From contig PUKZ01000191.1 in the NCBI GenBank assembly GCA_003550725.1, positions 18,636-82,635 on the forward strand: a stretch of 64,000 bases of DNA, written 5' to 3'. This document shows, piece by piece, positions 17,528 to 27,806 of the stretch (within the stretch, counting starts at the first letter, position 1; the number at the start of each line of letters is the position of its first letter). The position numbers and the translations under genes are program-made. This DNA is from Bacteroidales bacterium. GTDB taxonomy: Bacteria; Bacteroidota; Bacteroidia; Bacteroidales; UBA7960. The notes under the pieces are model-generated. The model had not been told where the DNA came from. It saw nothing but the letters and a program-made list of their open reading frames with translations, and ran no database searches.

Positions 17528-19369
17528 ATGGCTGAAACGGCGATATATTCTGAAGATAGTATTCGCACATTAGACTGGAAGGAGCATATTCGGGTCAGGC
17601 CCGGGATGTATGTCGGCAAATTAGGTGACGGTGCATCGCCTGATGATGGTATTTATGTTCTTCTTAAGGAGATTATTGATAATTCCATAGATGAATTTGT
17701 TATGGGGTTTGGCAAGACTATTGAGGTTAAGGTTAAAGATAAGACTGTAACTGTAAGGGATTACGGACGCGGCATACCTTTGGGGAAAGTTGTCGATTGC
17801 GTATCAAAAATAAATACAGGTGCTAAATATGACAGTAAGATATTCAAAAAAACTGTAGGATTAAATGGAATTGGCACAAAGGCTGTTAATGCATTATCTT
17901 CTGATTTTTCAATCAAATCAATCCGTGAGGGAAAGTCTAAAGATGCAATATTTAAAAATGGCAGTCTTATAAACGAATCGCAATATGAAGATACTTCATA
18001 CCGTAAAGGTACAATAGTAACATTTATGCCCGATGAAAATATTTTTGGTAATTATCGTTTTGTAGATGAGTTTGTTGAGCGTTTGCTATGGAATTATGTA
18101 TTTCTTAATCGCGGTTTGACTATTTTATATAACGGGCAGCGACTTTATTCTGAGAACGGCATTAGTGATCTTCTTAAAAAAAACATTGATGCTCCCACCA
18201 TTTATCCTGTAGTTCATATTGTTGAAGACGATTTGGAGGTTGCATTTACTCATAGTGCTACTCAATACAGCGAACAGTTTTTTTCGTTTGTTAACGGTCA
18301 GCATACTGTTCAGGGCGGTACACATCAAGCTGCATTCAGAGAGTCATTTGTAAAAACTATCAGGGATTTTTATAAAAAAGATTTTGATGCCAATGATATC
18401 AAGACTTCTTTGATTGTTGCATTAAGTATTAAGGTGCAGGAACCTGTTTTTGAATCTCAAACCAAAACCAAGCTGGGGTCGCAGCATATAGAGCCGGGAG
18501 GAACAACCATACGCAATTATGTAGGTGAAATTTTAAAAAAGAGGCTGGATAATTACTTGCATATAAACCCCGATGTTGCTGATGCATTGCTGAAGAAAAT
18601 CCTTCAGTCGGAAAAAGAAAGAAAAGAGCTTGCCAACATCAAGAAAACAGCCAAAGAAAGAGTTAAAAAAGCAAATATTCATAATAAAAAGCTTCGTGAT
18701 TGCAAAGTTCATTATAATGACAATCATTCCAAAAGACTTGAATCTACACTTTTTATAACCGAGGGTGATTCGGCAAGCGGGTCAATCACCAAAGCCCGCG
18801 ATGTAAATACCCAGGCTGTTTTTACTTTGAAAGGGAAACCTCTTAACTGTTATGGTTTATCAAAAAAAGTAGTTTATGAGAATGAAGAATTTAACCTTTT
18901 ACAGGCAGCTCTTAATATTGAAGACAGTTTGGAAAACCTGCGCTACAACAACGTGGTAATTGCAACTGATGCTGATGTTGACGGAATGCATATCAGGTTG
19001 TTGCTGATAACATTCTTTTTGCAGTTTTTTCCTGACCTGGTACGCAACGGACACCTTTATATTTTACAAACACCATTGTACAGGGTTCGTAATAAGAAGA
19101 AAACTATTTATTGCTATAATGAAAATGAAAGAATAAATAGTTTGAATGAGCTTGGTGAAAACGCCGAAATAACCAGGTTTAAAGGCCTGGGTGAGATATC
19201 TCCCGATGAATTCGGCCGGTTTATAGGCAAGAACATTCGGTTAGATCCTGTTATAATGAGAAAAGAAAATGGTATTAGTGAAATGTTAAAGTTTTATATG
19301 GGTAAAAATACTCCCGACCGGCAAAACTTTATAATTGACAATCTCAAATTTGACCTTGATATGGTATAA
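17528..19369 (+). CDS. parE: DNA topoisomerase IV subunit B (type IIA topoisomerase B subunit)
   Basis: 613 aa with GHKL motifs [16 protein letters not shown] and GLNGIGTKA. Toprim motifs are [11 protein letters not shown] and [12 protein letters not shown]. The short length and the N-terminus [29 protein letters not shown] fit Bacteroidota ParE better than GyrB. Confidence 0.8.
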   Translation: MAETAIYSEDSIRTLDWKEHIRVRPGMYVGKLGDGASPDDGIYVLLKEIIDNSIDEFVMGFGKTIEVKVKDKTVTVRDYGRGIPLGKVVDCVSKINTGAKYDSKIFKKTVGLNGIGTKAVNALSSDFSIKSIREGKSKDAIFKNGSLINESQYEDTSYRKGTIVTFMPDENIFGNYRFVDEFVERLLWNYVFLNRGLTILYNGQRLYSENGISDLLKKNIDAPTIYPVVHIVEDDLEVAFTHSATQYSEQFFSFVNGQHTVQGGTHQAAFRESFVKTIRDFYKKDFDANDIKTSLIVALSIKVQEPVFESQTKTKLGSQHIEPGGTTIRNYVGEILKKRLDNYLHINPDVADALLKKILQSEKERKELANIKKTAKERVKKANIHNKKLRDCKVHYNDNHSKRLESTLFITEGDSASGSITKARDVNTQAVFTLKGKPLNCYGLSKKVVYENEEFNLLQAALNIEDSLENLRYNNVVIATDADVDGMHIRLLLITFFLQFFPDLVRNGHLYILQTPLYRVRNKKKTIYCYNENERINSLNELGENAEITRFKGLGEISPDEFGRFIGKNIRLDPVIMRKENGISEMLKFYMGKNTPDRQNFIIDNLKFDLDMV

Positions 19370-19446
19370 ATATCCGGCCTTATCAAGCAATAACCGTAAA
19401 CAGGTTTATCATTTTGCTGATAGCAAAGTAAACCGGTTTTTTTGAT

Positions 19447-20244
19447 TTACTCTATTAATTTAAATTTATCCCAATCATTGGCTACTCCGAATTTTTTTCG
19501 AAAATCATCTAGCCGGGCTCTTTCCATGGTTATAGTTTCTGTTTTTTCTTCGAAGGGAGTTATGGTTGATAAATGTTCACCTAACGGGTTAATTAGGGCC
19601 GAATCACCTGAATGATCAGTTCCCTTGGCATCTTTTCCAACTCGATTTACACCTGCCACATAAGCCTGGTTTTCAATTGCGCGCGCCATAAGTAATATAC
19701 TCCAGTGATTACTTCGTGGTGCAGGCCAGTTGGCAATGTTTATTATACAGTCATAATCAAACCCGTTTTGAGGGTTAAAGTTATTTTTACACCAAACAGG
19801 AAAACGTAAATCATAACAAATCAAAAGTAAAATTTTCCAGCCTTTGTATTCAACAATAACTCTTTTTTTACCCGGAGTATAATTTTTTGTTTCCCCGGCA
19901 AAGCTAAACAAATGCTTCTTATCGTATTGGTAATAGTTGCCGTCGGGCTGCATCCAAATTAATCGGTTATAGAATTTATCGTTTTCTTTTGTTGCAATAC
20001 TACCTGTAATAACCGTATTTTTTTTGGCGGCTGTTTGTTTCATCCATCTAAAGGTTTTGCCTTCATTAGAGTCAGCGCAATTTGCCGGCTCCATTGTAAA
20101 ACCTGTGGTAAATACTTCTGGTAAGATTATAATTTCTGTGGGCTCTTTGATTTTATTTATTTTTTTTTCAAGCATTTCCCTGTTGGCTTCGGGATTTTCC
20201 CAATGCAAAGATGTTTGAATAAGTGTTACTTTTATATTTGACAT
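19447..20244 (-). CDS. Carbon-nitrogen hydrolase family amidohydrolase (omega-amidase YafV-like)
   Basis: 265 aa with the nitrilase-superfamily triad context: ILPEVFTTGF (Glu), YDKKHLF (Lys) and LLICYDLRFP (Cys). Confidence 0.82.
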   Translation of the reverse strand: MSNIKVTLIQTSLHWENPEANREMLEKKINKIKEPTEIIILPEVFTTGFTMEPANCADSNEGKTFRWMKQTAAKKNTVITGSIATKENDKFYNRLIWMQPDGNYYQYDKKHLFSFAGETKNYTPGKKRVIVEYKGWKILLLICYDLRFPVWCKNNFNPQNGFDYDCIINIANWPAPRSNHWSILLMARAIENQAYVAGVNRVGKDAKGTDHSGDSALINPLGEHLSTITPFEEKTETITMERARLDDFRKKFGVANDWDKFKLIE

Positions 20245-21389
20245 AATATTTCTCCTGCTTTTTCAAGGGTTTCTTCTGATTTGGCAAAACAAAATCTTAA
20301 TATAAAATTATTTAATGGTTTATTGTAAAAAGATGATACAGGCACAGATCCAACTCCGTGTTCTTTGATAAGCTTTTGGGCAAAAACCATTTCAGGATCT
20401 TTAGTTATGTTGCTGTAGTCAAGCAATTGAAAGTAAGTTCCTTTTGATGGTATTAATTTGAAGCGCGAATCTTCTAAAAGGTCTGCAAAATAATCTCGTT
20501 TATTTTCATAAAACTCTCCCAATCCTTCATAATTTGATTTGTCTTTTAAAAAATCGGCAATTGCATGTTGTATTGGGCTGTTAGAACAAAATACTATAAA
20601 TTGGTGTACTTTACGAAATTCTTTCATAAGGTTTTCGGGGGCAATACAATAGCCGGTTTTCCATCCTGTAGCATGAAATGTTTTTCCAAATGAACAGGTC
20701 ACCAGGCTTCTTTCTGCCAGGGAAGGATAGCGGCAAACACTTTGATGCTTTTTGCCGTCGAAAATTATATGTTCATAAACTTCATCACTGATTATTATTA
20801 TACCTGTATTTTTTGTTATTCTTTCAAGTTGTTTCATATCGCTATCAGTAAGGATGCTTCCCGTGGGGTTGTGCGGGGTATTAATTATTATCATTTTGGT
20901 GCGTTGGTTCAGCATTTTTCGCACTTCGTCCCAATCAATATGATAATCAGGCATTTTAAGAGGGATGCAAACAGGCACACCTCCATTAAGCTTTATAGCC
21001 GGCACATAACTATCGTAAGCAGGCTCAAATACTATAGCCTCATCATCTTCCTTTATAAAAGCAGTGATAGCAGTATATATAGCTTGTGTAGCACCGGCAG
21101 TAACTGTTATTTCGTTTTCAGGATTATATGATGCAGAATACAAATATTCTGTCTTTTCTGCAATTGCCTCACGCAATTTCATTACTCCACCCATTGGCGC
21201 ATATTGATTATACCCATTCTTCATATAATAACTAACCAATTCTATAAGCTTTGGAGAACAATCAAAATCAGGGAAGCCCTGTGAAAGATTTATAGCTTTA
21301 TAATCATTGGCCATACTCGACATAACAGCAAATACTGATATACCTGTATTTGGCAGCTTTGAACTAATCATTTCAGGATATGGTTTCAT
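20232..21389 (-). CDS. PLP-dependent aminotransferase class I/II (methionine aminotransferase YbdL-like)
   Basis: 385 aa with INLSQGFPDF, NTPHNPTG and the PLP-lysine context SFGKTFHATGWKTGY. It overlaps the downstream amidohydrolase by 13 nt. Confidence 0.85.
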   Translation of the reverse strand: MKPYPEMISSKLPNTGISVFAVMSSMANDYKAINLSQGFPDFDCSPKLIELVSYYMKNGYNQYAPMGGVMKLREAIAEKTEYLYSASYNPENEITVTAGATQAIYTAITAFIKEDDEAIVFEPAYDSYVPAIKLNGGVPVCIPLKMPDYHIDWDEVRKMLNQRTKMIIINTPHNPTGSILTDSDMKQLERITKNTGIIIISDEVYEHIIFDGKKHQSVCRYPSLAERSLVTCSFGKTFHATGWKTGYCIAPENLMKEFRKVHQFIVFCSNSPIQHAIADFLKDKSNYEGLGEFYENKRDYFADLLEDSRFKLIPSKGTYFQLLDYSNITKDPEMVFAQKLIKEHGVGSVPVSSFYNKPLNNFILRFCFAKSEETLEKAGEILCQI

Positions 21390-21630
21390 AATATGTTTTT
21401 TTTATTATTTCCAGCTATACTTTATTTTGTGTTTACTAAATCAAAAATGAAAAAAATGAAATTTTTTAATATTTTTGTTTCAATCAAGAAAGATGCAAAT
21501 TTACAATAAATTTAATAATAAAATTTTTAAACTTTACTTTAGCTGATTTGTCTTAATCGATAATATTTGTTTGTTTGTATTAGTAACCAATTAATTAACA
21601 GGATTTAATTTACATAAAACATAATTAGAT

Positions 21631-22833
21631 ATGATACATATTGACAATTATAATTTTAAAGGAAAAAGGGTAATTATAAGGGTTGATTTCAATGTACCCC
21701 TTGACAAAGATTATAATATCACTGATGATTCAAGGATCAGGGCAAGTATTCCCACGATAGAAAAAGTTTTAAATGACGGTGGTTGTGCGGTTATAATGTC
21801 GCATATGGGGCGGCCTAAAGAAAAGGGGGAGGAAAAGTATTCATTAATACATATTGTTGATCACTTAGCAGGATTGCTTAAAACAGATGTTAAGTTTGCC
21901 GGCGATTGCATTGGCGAATTGGTTGCTGAAAAGGTAAACAGTTTGAAGCCGGGAGAAGTTATCTTGATTGAAAATCTCAGGTATTATAAGGAGGAGACAA
22001 AAGGAGACAGGGATTTTGCCAGGGAGCTGGCGTCTTTGGGCGATGTTTTTGTTAATGATGCATTTGCTGCTGTTCATAGAGCACATGCATCTACTACTGT
22101 TATTGCTGATTTTTTTCCTCAGGATAAAATGTTTGGATATTTGCTTGAACGAGAGCTAAAAAGTATTGATAAGGTAATTAATGATATTCAAAGGCCTTAT
22201 CTGGCTATTATCGGTGGAGCCAAAGTATCATCAAAGATAGGTGTTTTGAATAACCTTATTGATAAAGTTGATGACTTGATAATTGGAGGAGGGATGATGT
22301 TTACCTTCATTAAGTCAAAAGGAGGAGAAGTTGGAGATAGTATTGTAGAAAAAGATTATTTATCAGAAGCACGTGAGATTGTTTCTTATGCCAATTCTAA
22401 AGGAGTAAACATTCATTTGCCGGTTGATACCGTTGTTGCCAATAAATTTTCCAATGATGCAGTTATAAAAACATGTGACAGTTATCAAATACCTAATAAT
22501 TGGATCGGAATGGATATTGGTGAAAAAGCAGCCCGAAATTTTTCATCTCTTATAGAAAGTTCAAAAAATGTGTTATGGAATGGCCCTATGGGTGTAGCAG
22601 AGATGCCGAAATTTGCTTCCGGAACCAAAACTATTTTAAAAGCCATGGCAAAAGCTACTGAAAAAGGGGCTTTTACTTTGGCCGGCGGTGGTGATTCGGT
22701 AGCTGTAATCAATAAATTTGAAATGGCTGATAAGGTTAGCTATGTTAGTACCGGTGGAGGTGCATTGCTTGAGTATATGGAGGGTAAGGAACTGCCCGGT
22801 ATCAAGGCTATAGTTAAAAGTAATAATCGTTAG
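21631..22833 (+). CDS. pgk: Phosphoglycerate kinase
   Basis: 400 aa with RVDFNVPLD, SHMGRPKE, and GGGDSVAV followed by STGGGALLEY. Confidence 0.96.
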   Translation: MIHIDNYNFKGKRVIIRVDFNVPLDKDYNITDDSRIRASIPTIEKVLNDGGCAVIMSHMGRPKEKGEEKYSLIHIVDHLAGLLKTDVKFAGDCIGELVAEKVNSLKPGEVILIENLRYYKEETKGDRDFARELASLGDVFVNDAFAAVHRAHASTTVIADFFPQDKMFGYLLERELKSIDKVINDIQRPYLAIIGGAKVSSKIGVLNNLIDKVDDLIIGGGMMFTFIKSKGGEVGDSIVEKDYLSEAREIVSYANSKGVNIHLPVDTVVANKFSNDAVIKTCDSYQIPNNWIGMDIGEKAARNFSSLIESSKNVLWNGPMGVAEMPKFASGTKTILKAMAKATEKGAFTLAGGGDSVAVINKFEMADKVSYVSTGGGALLEYMEGKELPGIKAIVKSNNR

Positions 22834-22855
22834 TGCTAACTTGTTTCTGGGTAGA

Positions 22856-23476
22856 TCAACAGCTGATTTCACCGGGGTCGAAAAGCTTAATGCATTCGTT
22901 TATGTAATGAAGTATTTCATTTCTCCCTGATGCTGTTTTTCCTGAAGAGACAAATACAGGCGGCAAAGGGTCCCATATTTCAGAAAGTTTTTCTAAATAA
23001 GAGTTTGTGTTTTTTTCAATCTTATACCTGCTTATTTTATCTATTTTTGTAAAAACAATAGCAAAAGGAAGCCGGTTTTTCCCCATCCATTGCATAAAAT
23101 TCATGTCTATTGATTGTGGCTCATGACGTATGTCAACAAGAAAAAAAGTGCATAATAATTGCTTTCTTTGAAGCAAATATTGGTTGATCATTTTCTCCCA
23201 CTTTTTTTTTTCCGGTAAAGGTGCTTTAGCAAAACCAAAACCAGGCAAATCAGTTAAATACCATGAACTGTTTATCAAAAAATGATTTATGAGTTGCGTT
23301 TTGCCCGGGGTCGAAGAAGTTTTTGCCAGATTTTTGCGGTTTACAAGCATGTTTATAAATGTTGACTTACCAACATTAGAACGTCCGATAAATGAAAATT
23401 CAGGAAGTTTTGCTTCAGGGCAATCACTTAATTTTGTGGAACTTTTAATGAATTCAGCACTGTTTATTGAAAACAT
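22856..23476 (-). CDS. engB: Ribosome biogenesis GTP-binding protein EngB/YsxC/YihA
   Basis: 206 aa with G1 GRSNVGKSTFINML, G3 DLPGFGF and G4 TKIDK. Confidence 0.9.
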   Translation of the reverse strand: MFSINSAEFIKSSTKLSDCPEAKLPEFSFIGRSNVGKSTFINMLVNRKNLAKTSSTPGKTQLINHFLINSSWYLTDLPGFGFAKAPLPEKKKWEKMINQYLLQRKQLLCTFFLVDIRHEPQSIDMNFMQWMGKNRLPFAIVFTKIDKISRYKIEKNTNSYLEKLSEIWDPLPPVFVSSGKTASGRNEILHYINECIKLFDPGEISC

Positions 23477-23663
23477 TTTTGTTCGGTTAAAAATCTTTTT
23501 AAACTACATTTAATAATATTGATAGAGTCCGGTTATCAACCAATTTTATCACTAATCATGCACCGGGCTTGTCGGAGTGACACAAAAACTTTAAGCATTG
23601 ATAATTCGTAATTTGCTTTTAATAAGAATAACCGAGAATAGAAATTTACGGTTGTTTTAATTT

Positions 23664-24599
23664 TTAGTTCTGTGCTTTCTTGTATGTATCAATATGCCTT
23701 TTTTTCTTCTGTTCATATATGTCATCTATATTAACCAGTATAGCAGTTTCTTCTACTCCGCCAAAATGTTCATTTATTACTGTGCCAAAAGTTTTCATGG
23801 TTGGGCTTAAGCCCATGTATGAATTTATTAATGGAGGAATATTTTCATTGTGCTTTCTTACTTCCTGGAATAATATTTTGTGGTTATCTTCAAAATTATT
23901 ACCCGTAAATAACCCGTTAAATTCTTCTGTGGGTGTTTCAATAGGGATAGGGTCATAAGGTGTGACCAGCTTTTTATTATCCGGAAAAAACTTATGAAGA
24001 AAATATAGTATCATATCCCTTGCTCTTTTATTGAAGTGTTTGTACATGGTTACTTTTCCAAAAAAGTATTTTTTTTCCGGATGATCAACAACAAGTGCAC
24101 CCAACCCATCCCACAAGTTATCAAGAGAGTATAACCCTTTACGGCTTTTACGCGAAGGTTGAAAATTGGGCTGAACAAACGAACGGCCCAGCTCAATGGT
24201 AAAAGGCAGGTATTCTTCAATAAACGTTTGGGAAAAGCTAAAATAATTTGATGTGGATAATAATGGCTTACCCCGGTTATCTTTTTTTGCCTCATCACAC
24301 AAAAAGTACCTGTAGCCGCCAATAATTTCCATTTCTTTTGGATCGTAAACTATTAGCTGCTTATATTGATTATTGCCGGTGTCATAATTGTCAAGATCAA
24401 TAGATTTACCGGTTCCTCCACCCGATTCACGAAAAGAAATTTCACGCAAACGGCCAATTTCCCTGACAACATTCGGAGCATCATTGTAGTCAATTATGTA
24501 TATAACATTGTCATTATAGTTGGTTTTACGAAGAATCTTATTATTCGACAACTCCTTTTCAATAATACTTCTATCAACCGGTGGAATAATTGGTTCCAT
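23664..24599 (-). CDS. GNAT-fold N-acyltransferase of the OlsB/GlsB (hemolysin-like) family
   Basis: 311 aa. The pattern RLREISFRESGGGTGKSIDLDNYD...LIVYDPKEMEIIGGYRY is typical of the acyl-ACP-dependent amino-acid N-acyltransferase family. It lies directly downstream of a lysophospholipid-type acyltransferase. Confidence 0.7.
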   Translation of the reverse strand: MEPIIPPVDRSIIEKELSNNKILRKTNYNDNVIYIIDYNDAPNVVREIGRLREISFRESGGGTGKSIDLDNYDTGNNQYKQLIVYDPKEMEIIGGYRYFLCDEAKKDNRGKPLLSTSNYFSFSQTFIEEYLPFTIELGRSFVQPNFQPSRKSRKGLYSLDNLWDGLGALVVDHPEKKYFFGKVTMYKHFNKRARDMILYFLHKFFPDNKKLVTPYDPIPIETPTEEFNGLFTGNNFEDNHKILFQEVRKHNENIPPLINSYMGLSPTMKTFGTVINEHFGGVEETAILVNIDDIYEQKKKRHIDTYKKAQN

Positions 24600-24643
24600 A
24601 ATATTTGTTTTATCCTTATTTTTCTATCTATTGCTTTTTTTAT

Positions 24644-25516
24644 TCAAACTGTAAACTCCGATTCATTTTCAGGTAAACGATATACATGTTCTTTTACCTT
24701 TTGAGCCCACTCATGGTGCGTTTTATCTTTGGTAAATAGTGTGTAAGATATTGGCTTGCCAAATGTAATGGTAATATTTTTATCTCTTTGCTTAAACATT
24801 TCATCAGGCAAGTAAAGCATTTCTATATTTAATTTAACTCCCAGTTTTTTCCTAATGTTAGCTAAATTATAGAAAAAATTGGAATTTTTTCCATGAATGT
24901 GCACAGGTATAATATCTCTTTGATGACGAATAGCTTTTGTTATAAAACTCTTTTTCCATGGAAGATCGCAAATAATGCCTTTCTGACGCCTTGAAACAAG
25001 ACCTGCAGGAAATACCAAAACCAATTGCCCGGATTCGTAAACCTCTTCAATGAGCTTTATCGAATCATAACTTTTTTTGCCATACTTATTTATTGGAACA
25101 AAAAGCTCTTTTAAATTTTCGAGTTCTAATAGAATATCATTTACTATAAATTTTATATCTTTTCTTTTTTTCCCTATCACATACATTAATGCTATTCCAT
25201 CAAGACCACCCAAAGGATGATTCGAAGCTATTATATAACGACCTTTTTTAGGAATGTTTTCAGGATTTGATACATGCACATCAATACAAAACTCATTTTC
25301 TATAAGTTGATCAATAAATTCAAGGCCATAATAGCCATTAAGGCGGTTAATAACATCATTTATCTCATTTTGGTGTGTTATGTGTTTTATGTATCTAATT
25401 ATAAATCCCGGAATAACCGTATATAATTTACCGCCTTTTTTTCTGAATACAGAATCAATGTCTATTAACTCTCTCTTTTGTTTTTCAGTAAGAGTATTAT
25501 TATTTGTTTGTGTCAT
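24644..25516 (-). CDS. Lysophospholipid/1-acyl-glycerol-3-phosphate-type O-acyltransferase (OlsA/GlsA-like)
   Basis: 290 aa with acyltransferase motif I variant ASNHPLGGLDG and motif III-like VFPAGLVSR. Confidence 0.72.
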   Translation of the reverse strand: MTQTNNNTLTEKQKRELIDIDSVFRKKGGKLYTVIPGFIIRYIKHITHQNEINDVINRLNGYYGLEFIDQLIENEFCIDVHVSNPENIPKKGRYIIASNHPLGGLDGIALMYVIGKKRKDIKFIVNDILLELENLKELFVPINKYGKKSYDSIKLIEEVYESGQLVLVFPAGLVSRRQKGIICDLPWKKSFITKAIRHQRDIIPVHIHGKNSNFFYNLANIRKKLGVKLNIEMLYLPDEMFKQRDKNITITFGKPISYTLFTKDKTHHEWAQKVKEHVYRLPENESEFTV

Positions 25517-25936
25517 TTATCAATTATATATATCAGATTTTTTGTTCTTCTTGAAAATTACTAAAAAAATAAAACATTTTAACCGTAAATATAAAAAACG
25601 TTAAAACTGCATTATTTAGTGAGTTTTTCAAAATTTTGATAGTTAAAACTGTAAAAAACTAACTCTTTTTATTCTTATTATTATGTTGATTAAACCAAAT
25701 TATGATTAGTGAACGACAAATATAAACAAATATTCGTTCAGCAACAATATAGCTTTATTGTATATTAATGCTTTTTTAACATTTTTTTTCGGATAACCAG
25801 GTAATTAATTTGATTTATTTTTTTTAAATAAAATATTGATAAACTCCGCTTTCCCTAATAAGATTTTGATAATCAAGGTTTTAGGTATTTTGTCGTTGTT
25901 TTTTGCTGGATTAAACTAAAAAAAGTTATCAACAAT

Positions 25937-25968
25937 GTGGTAAAAAGTGGTAAAATGTGGTAAATTTG
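25937..25968 (+). promoter_or_regulatory. Predicted MraZ operator (3 x GTGGT at 10-nt spacing) overlapping the dcw promoter -7 box TAAATTTG
   Basis: The sequence is caatGTGGTaaaaaGTGGTaaaatGTGGTaaatttg. GTGG starts at 25937, 25947 and 25957. TAAATTTG (25961-25968) matches TAnnTTTG and ends 39 nt before the mraZ ATG. Confidence 0.6.
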
Positions 25969-26007
25969 TTTATATATTTACAGTCAAAAATAACAAAAGT
26001 GTGAAAA

Positions 26008-26484
26008 ATGTCTTATTTATTAGGCGAATATGAAGTAAGAATTGATTCGAAATGCAGGTTTGTTTTGCCTGCGGGAATCAAGCGACAGCTTGGTACACAA
26101 GACCGGGAGCATTTTGTGGTCAACCGTGGTTTTGAAAAAAACCTCACACTTTACCCCGACAGTGAGTGGAAAGCAATAACACAGGAGATTAATTCATTAA
26201 ATTTATATAATAAGAAAAATCGCGAATTTGTAAGATATTTTTTTCGTGGTGCAACTGAGATTTCAATTGATTCGGCTAATCGTTTATTACTTCCCAAATC
26301 TCTTATTGATTATGCAGATATTGAAAAAGAGATAGTATTATTTGCTTATGGTCAAAGAATAGAGATATGGGCTAAAAATGTTTACAATGAGATGATGAGC
26401 AGTGAACCCGATGATTTTGCTTCATTGGCTGAAGAGGTGATGGGAAATTCAAAAACAAAAAACGAAGATGGCAAACTATCATGA
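26008..26484 (+). CDS. mraZ: Transcriptional regulator MraZ
   Basis: 158 aa with two SpoVT/AbrB-like MraZ repeats: DSKCRFVLPAGIKRQL and DSANRLLLPKSLIDYA. Confidence 0.95.
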   Translation: MSYLLGEYEVRIDSKCRFVLPAGIKRQLGTQDREHFVVNRGFEKNLTLYPDSEWKAITQEINSLNLYNKKNREFVRYFFRGATEISIDSANRLLLPKSLIDYADIEKEIVLFAYGQRIEIWAKNVYNEMMSSEPDDFASLAEEVMGNSKTKNEDGKLS

Positions 26485-27376
26485 ACCTGTTTTGCTGGAA
26501 AAAGTTATTGAGTGCTTAGATGTTAAGCCTGATGGTTTTTATGTTGATGCTACTTTCGGTGGTGGTGGCCATGGGCTCGAAATTCTCAAAAAGCTTAAAA
26601 ATGGTAAGCTTATAGCTTTTGATCAGGATGAAGATGCAGAGGCTAACTTGCCGGATGATGATCGCGTTATGTTTTTCAATCATAATTTCAGGTTCATAAA
26701 GAATTTTTTACAGCTTAATAAATTAGTTCCTCTTGACGGTCTTTTTGCTGATCTTGGTGTTTCATCACATCAGCTTGAAATTCCCGGCAGGGGGTTTTCA
26801 ACTCGTTTTTCAGGTCCGTTGGACATGAGGATGAATCAATCATCTGAATTGACTGCTGCTGATATTGTAAATGATTTTGACGAACAGCATTTAAGTAAAA
26901 TATTTAGGCACTACGGCGAATTAAAAAATGCTGATAAGCTGGCTAAAATAATAATTAAAGAAAGAGGCAAAAAAAGGATTCAAAATACTTATGATTTGGT
27001 TGGTTTAATAGAAAACTTAACAACTAAAAACAGGAGAAATAAGTTTTTAGCTCAAGTATTTCAAGCATTAAGGATTGAAGTTAATGATGAAATTAATGCA
27101 CTTAAAGAATTGCTTCAGCAATCGGTTGATATTTTAAAAACCGGCGGCAGGTTGGTTATAATATCGTATCATTCTATTGAAGACAGGCTTGTTAAGAATT
27201 TTATGAAAGCAGGAAATTTTGAAGGAATTGTTCATAAGGATTTTTATGGTAACAAACTTACTCCTTTTGAGGTAATACATAAGTTTGTAGTACCCGGTGA
27301 AGAAGAAATAATGAATAACAACAGGGCTCGTAGTGCAAAGTTGAGGACCGCCCGGAAAATTGCAACAAATGACTAA
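26468..27376 (+). CDS. rsmH: 16S rRNA (cytosine1402-N4)-methyltransferase RsmH
   Basis: 302 aa with YHEPVLLEKVIE, the SAM motif DATFGGGGH and ISYHSIEDRLVK. Confidence 0.95.
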   Translation: MANYHEPVLLEKVIECLDVKPDGFYVDATFGGGGHGLEILKKLKNGKLIAFDQDEDAEANLPDDDRVMFFNHNFRFIKNFLQLNKLVPLDGLFADLGVSSHQLEIPGRGFSTRFSGPLDMRMNQSSELTAADIVNDFDEQHLSKIFRHYGELKNADKLAKIIIKERGKKRIQNTYDLVGLIENLTTKNRRNKFLAQVFQALRIEVNDEINALKELLQQSVDILKTGGRLVIISYHSIEDRLVKNFMKAGNFEGIVHKDFYGNKLTPFEVIHKFVVPGEEEIMNNNRARSAKLRTARKIATND

Positions 27377-27779
27377 AAATAGTTTTAAAAATATTAAGGA
27401 AAAGGATAACAGTGAAAATAAGTTTTCAAAAACTTTTTATTCGCTTATAGATGGTTCATTTTTAACCAGGGATGGTATAATAAAAATGCTGCCGTTTTTC
27501 TTTTATTTAATGGGGTTAGCTTTATTTTTAATATTTAATTCTTATTATGCCGAAAAAAAAGCAAGAGAGAAGGAGGAATTGCGTGGAGAGATAATTGAGT
27601 TAAGGATAGAATATATAAATACAAAATCGGAGTTGATGTCTATTACAAATCAGTCGGTTGTTGCACGCAGGCTTGCTGAAAGGGGGCTGTCTGAATCGTC
27701 TGTGCCTCCCATAAGGATTGAGAAGCCAAAGGAGAAGCGCAGTTTTTTATCAACCATATTTGGATGGGAAGACAATTAA
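27360..27779 (+). CDS. ftsL: FtsL-like cell division protein
   Basis: 139 aa bitopic protein with one TM helix (MLPFFFYLMGLALFLIFN) followed by a coiled-coil. It occupies the canonical position between rsmH and ftsI. The true start may be the internal Met at MTKNSF. Confidence 0.6.
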   Translation: MQQMTKNSFKNIKEKDNSENKFSKTFYSLIDGSFLTRDGIIKMLPFFFYLMGLALFLIFNSYYAEKKAREKEELRGEIIELRIEYINTKSELMSITNQSVVARRLAERGLSESSVPPIRIEKPKEKRSFLSTIFGWEDN

Positions 27780-27806
27780 TGTTTTATATAAAAAAATTAT
27801 TATACT

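Noticed and set aside
25937-25965. GTGGTAAAA tandem repeats considered as a micro-CRISPR or satellite.
   Set aside because: There are only three 10-nt units with no spacers. Their position on the mraZ promoter is explained by an MraZ operator.
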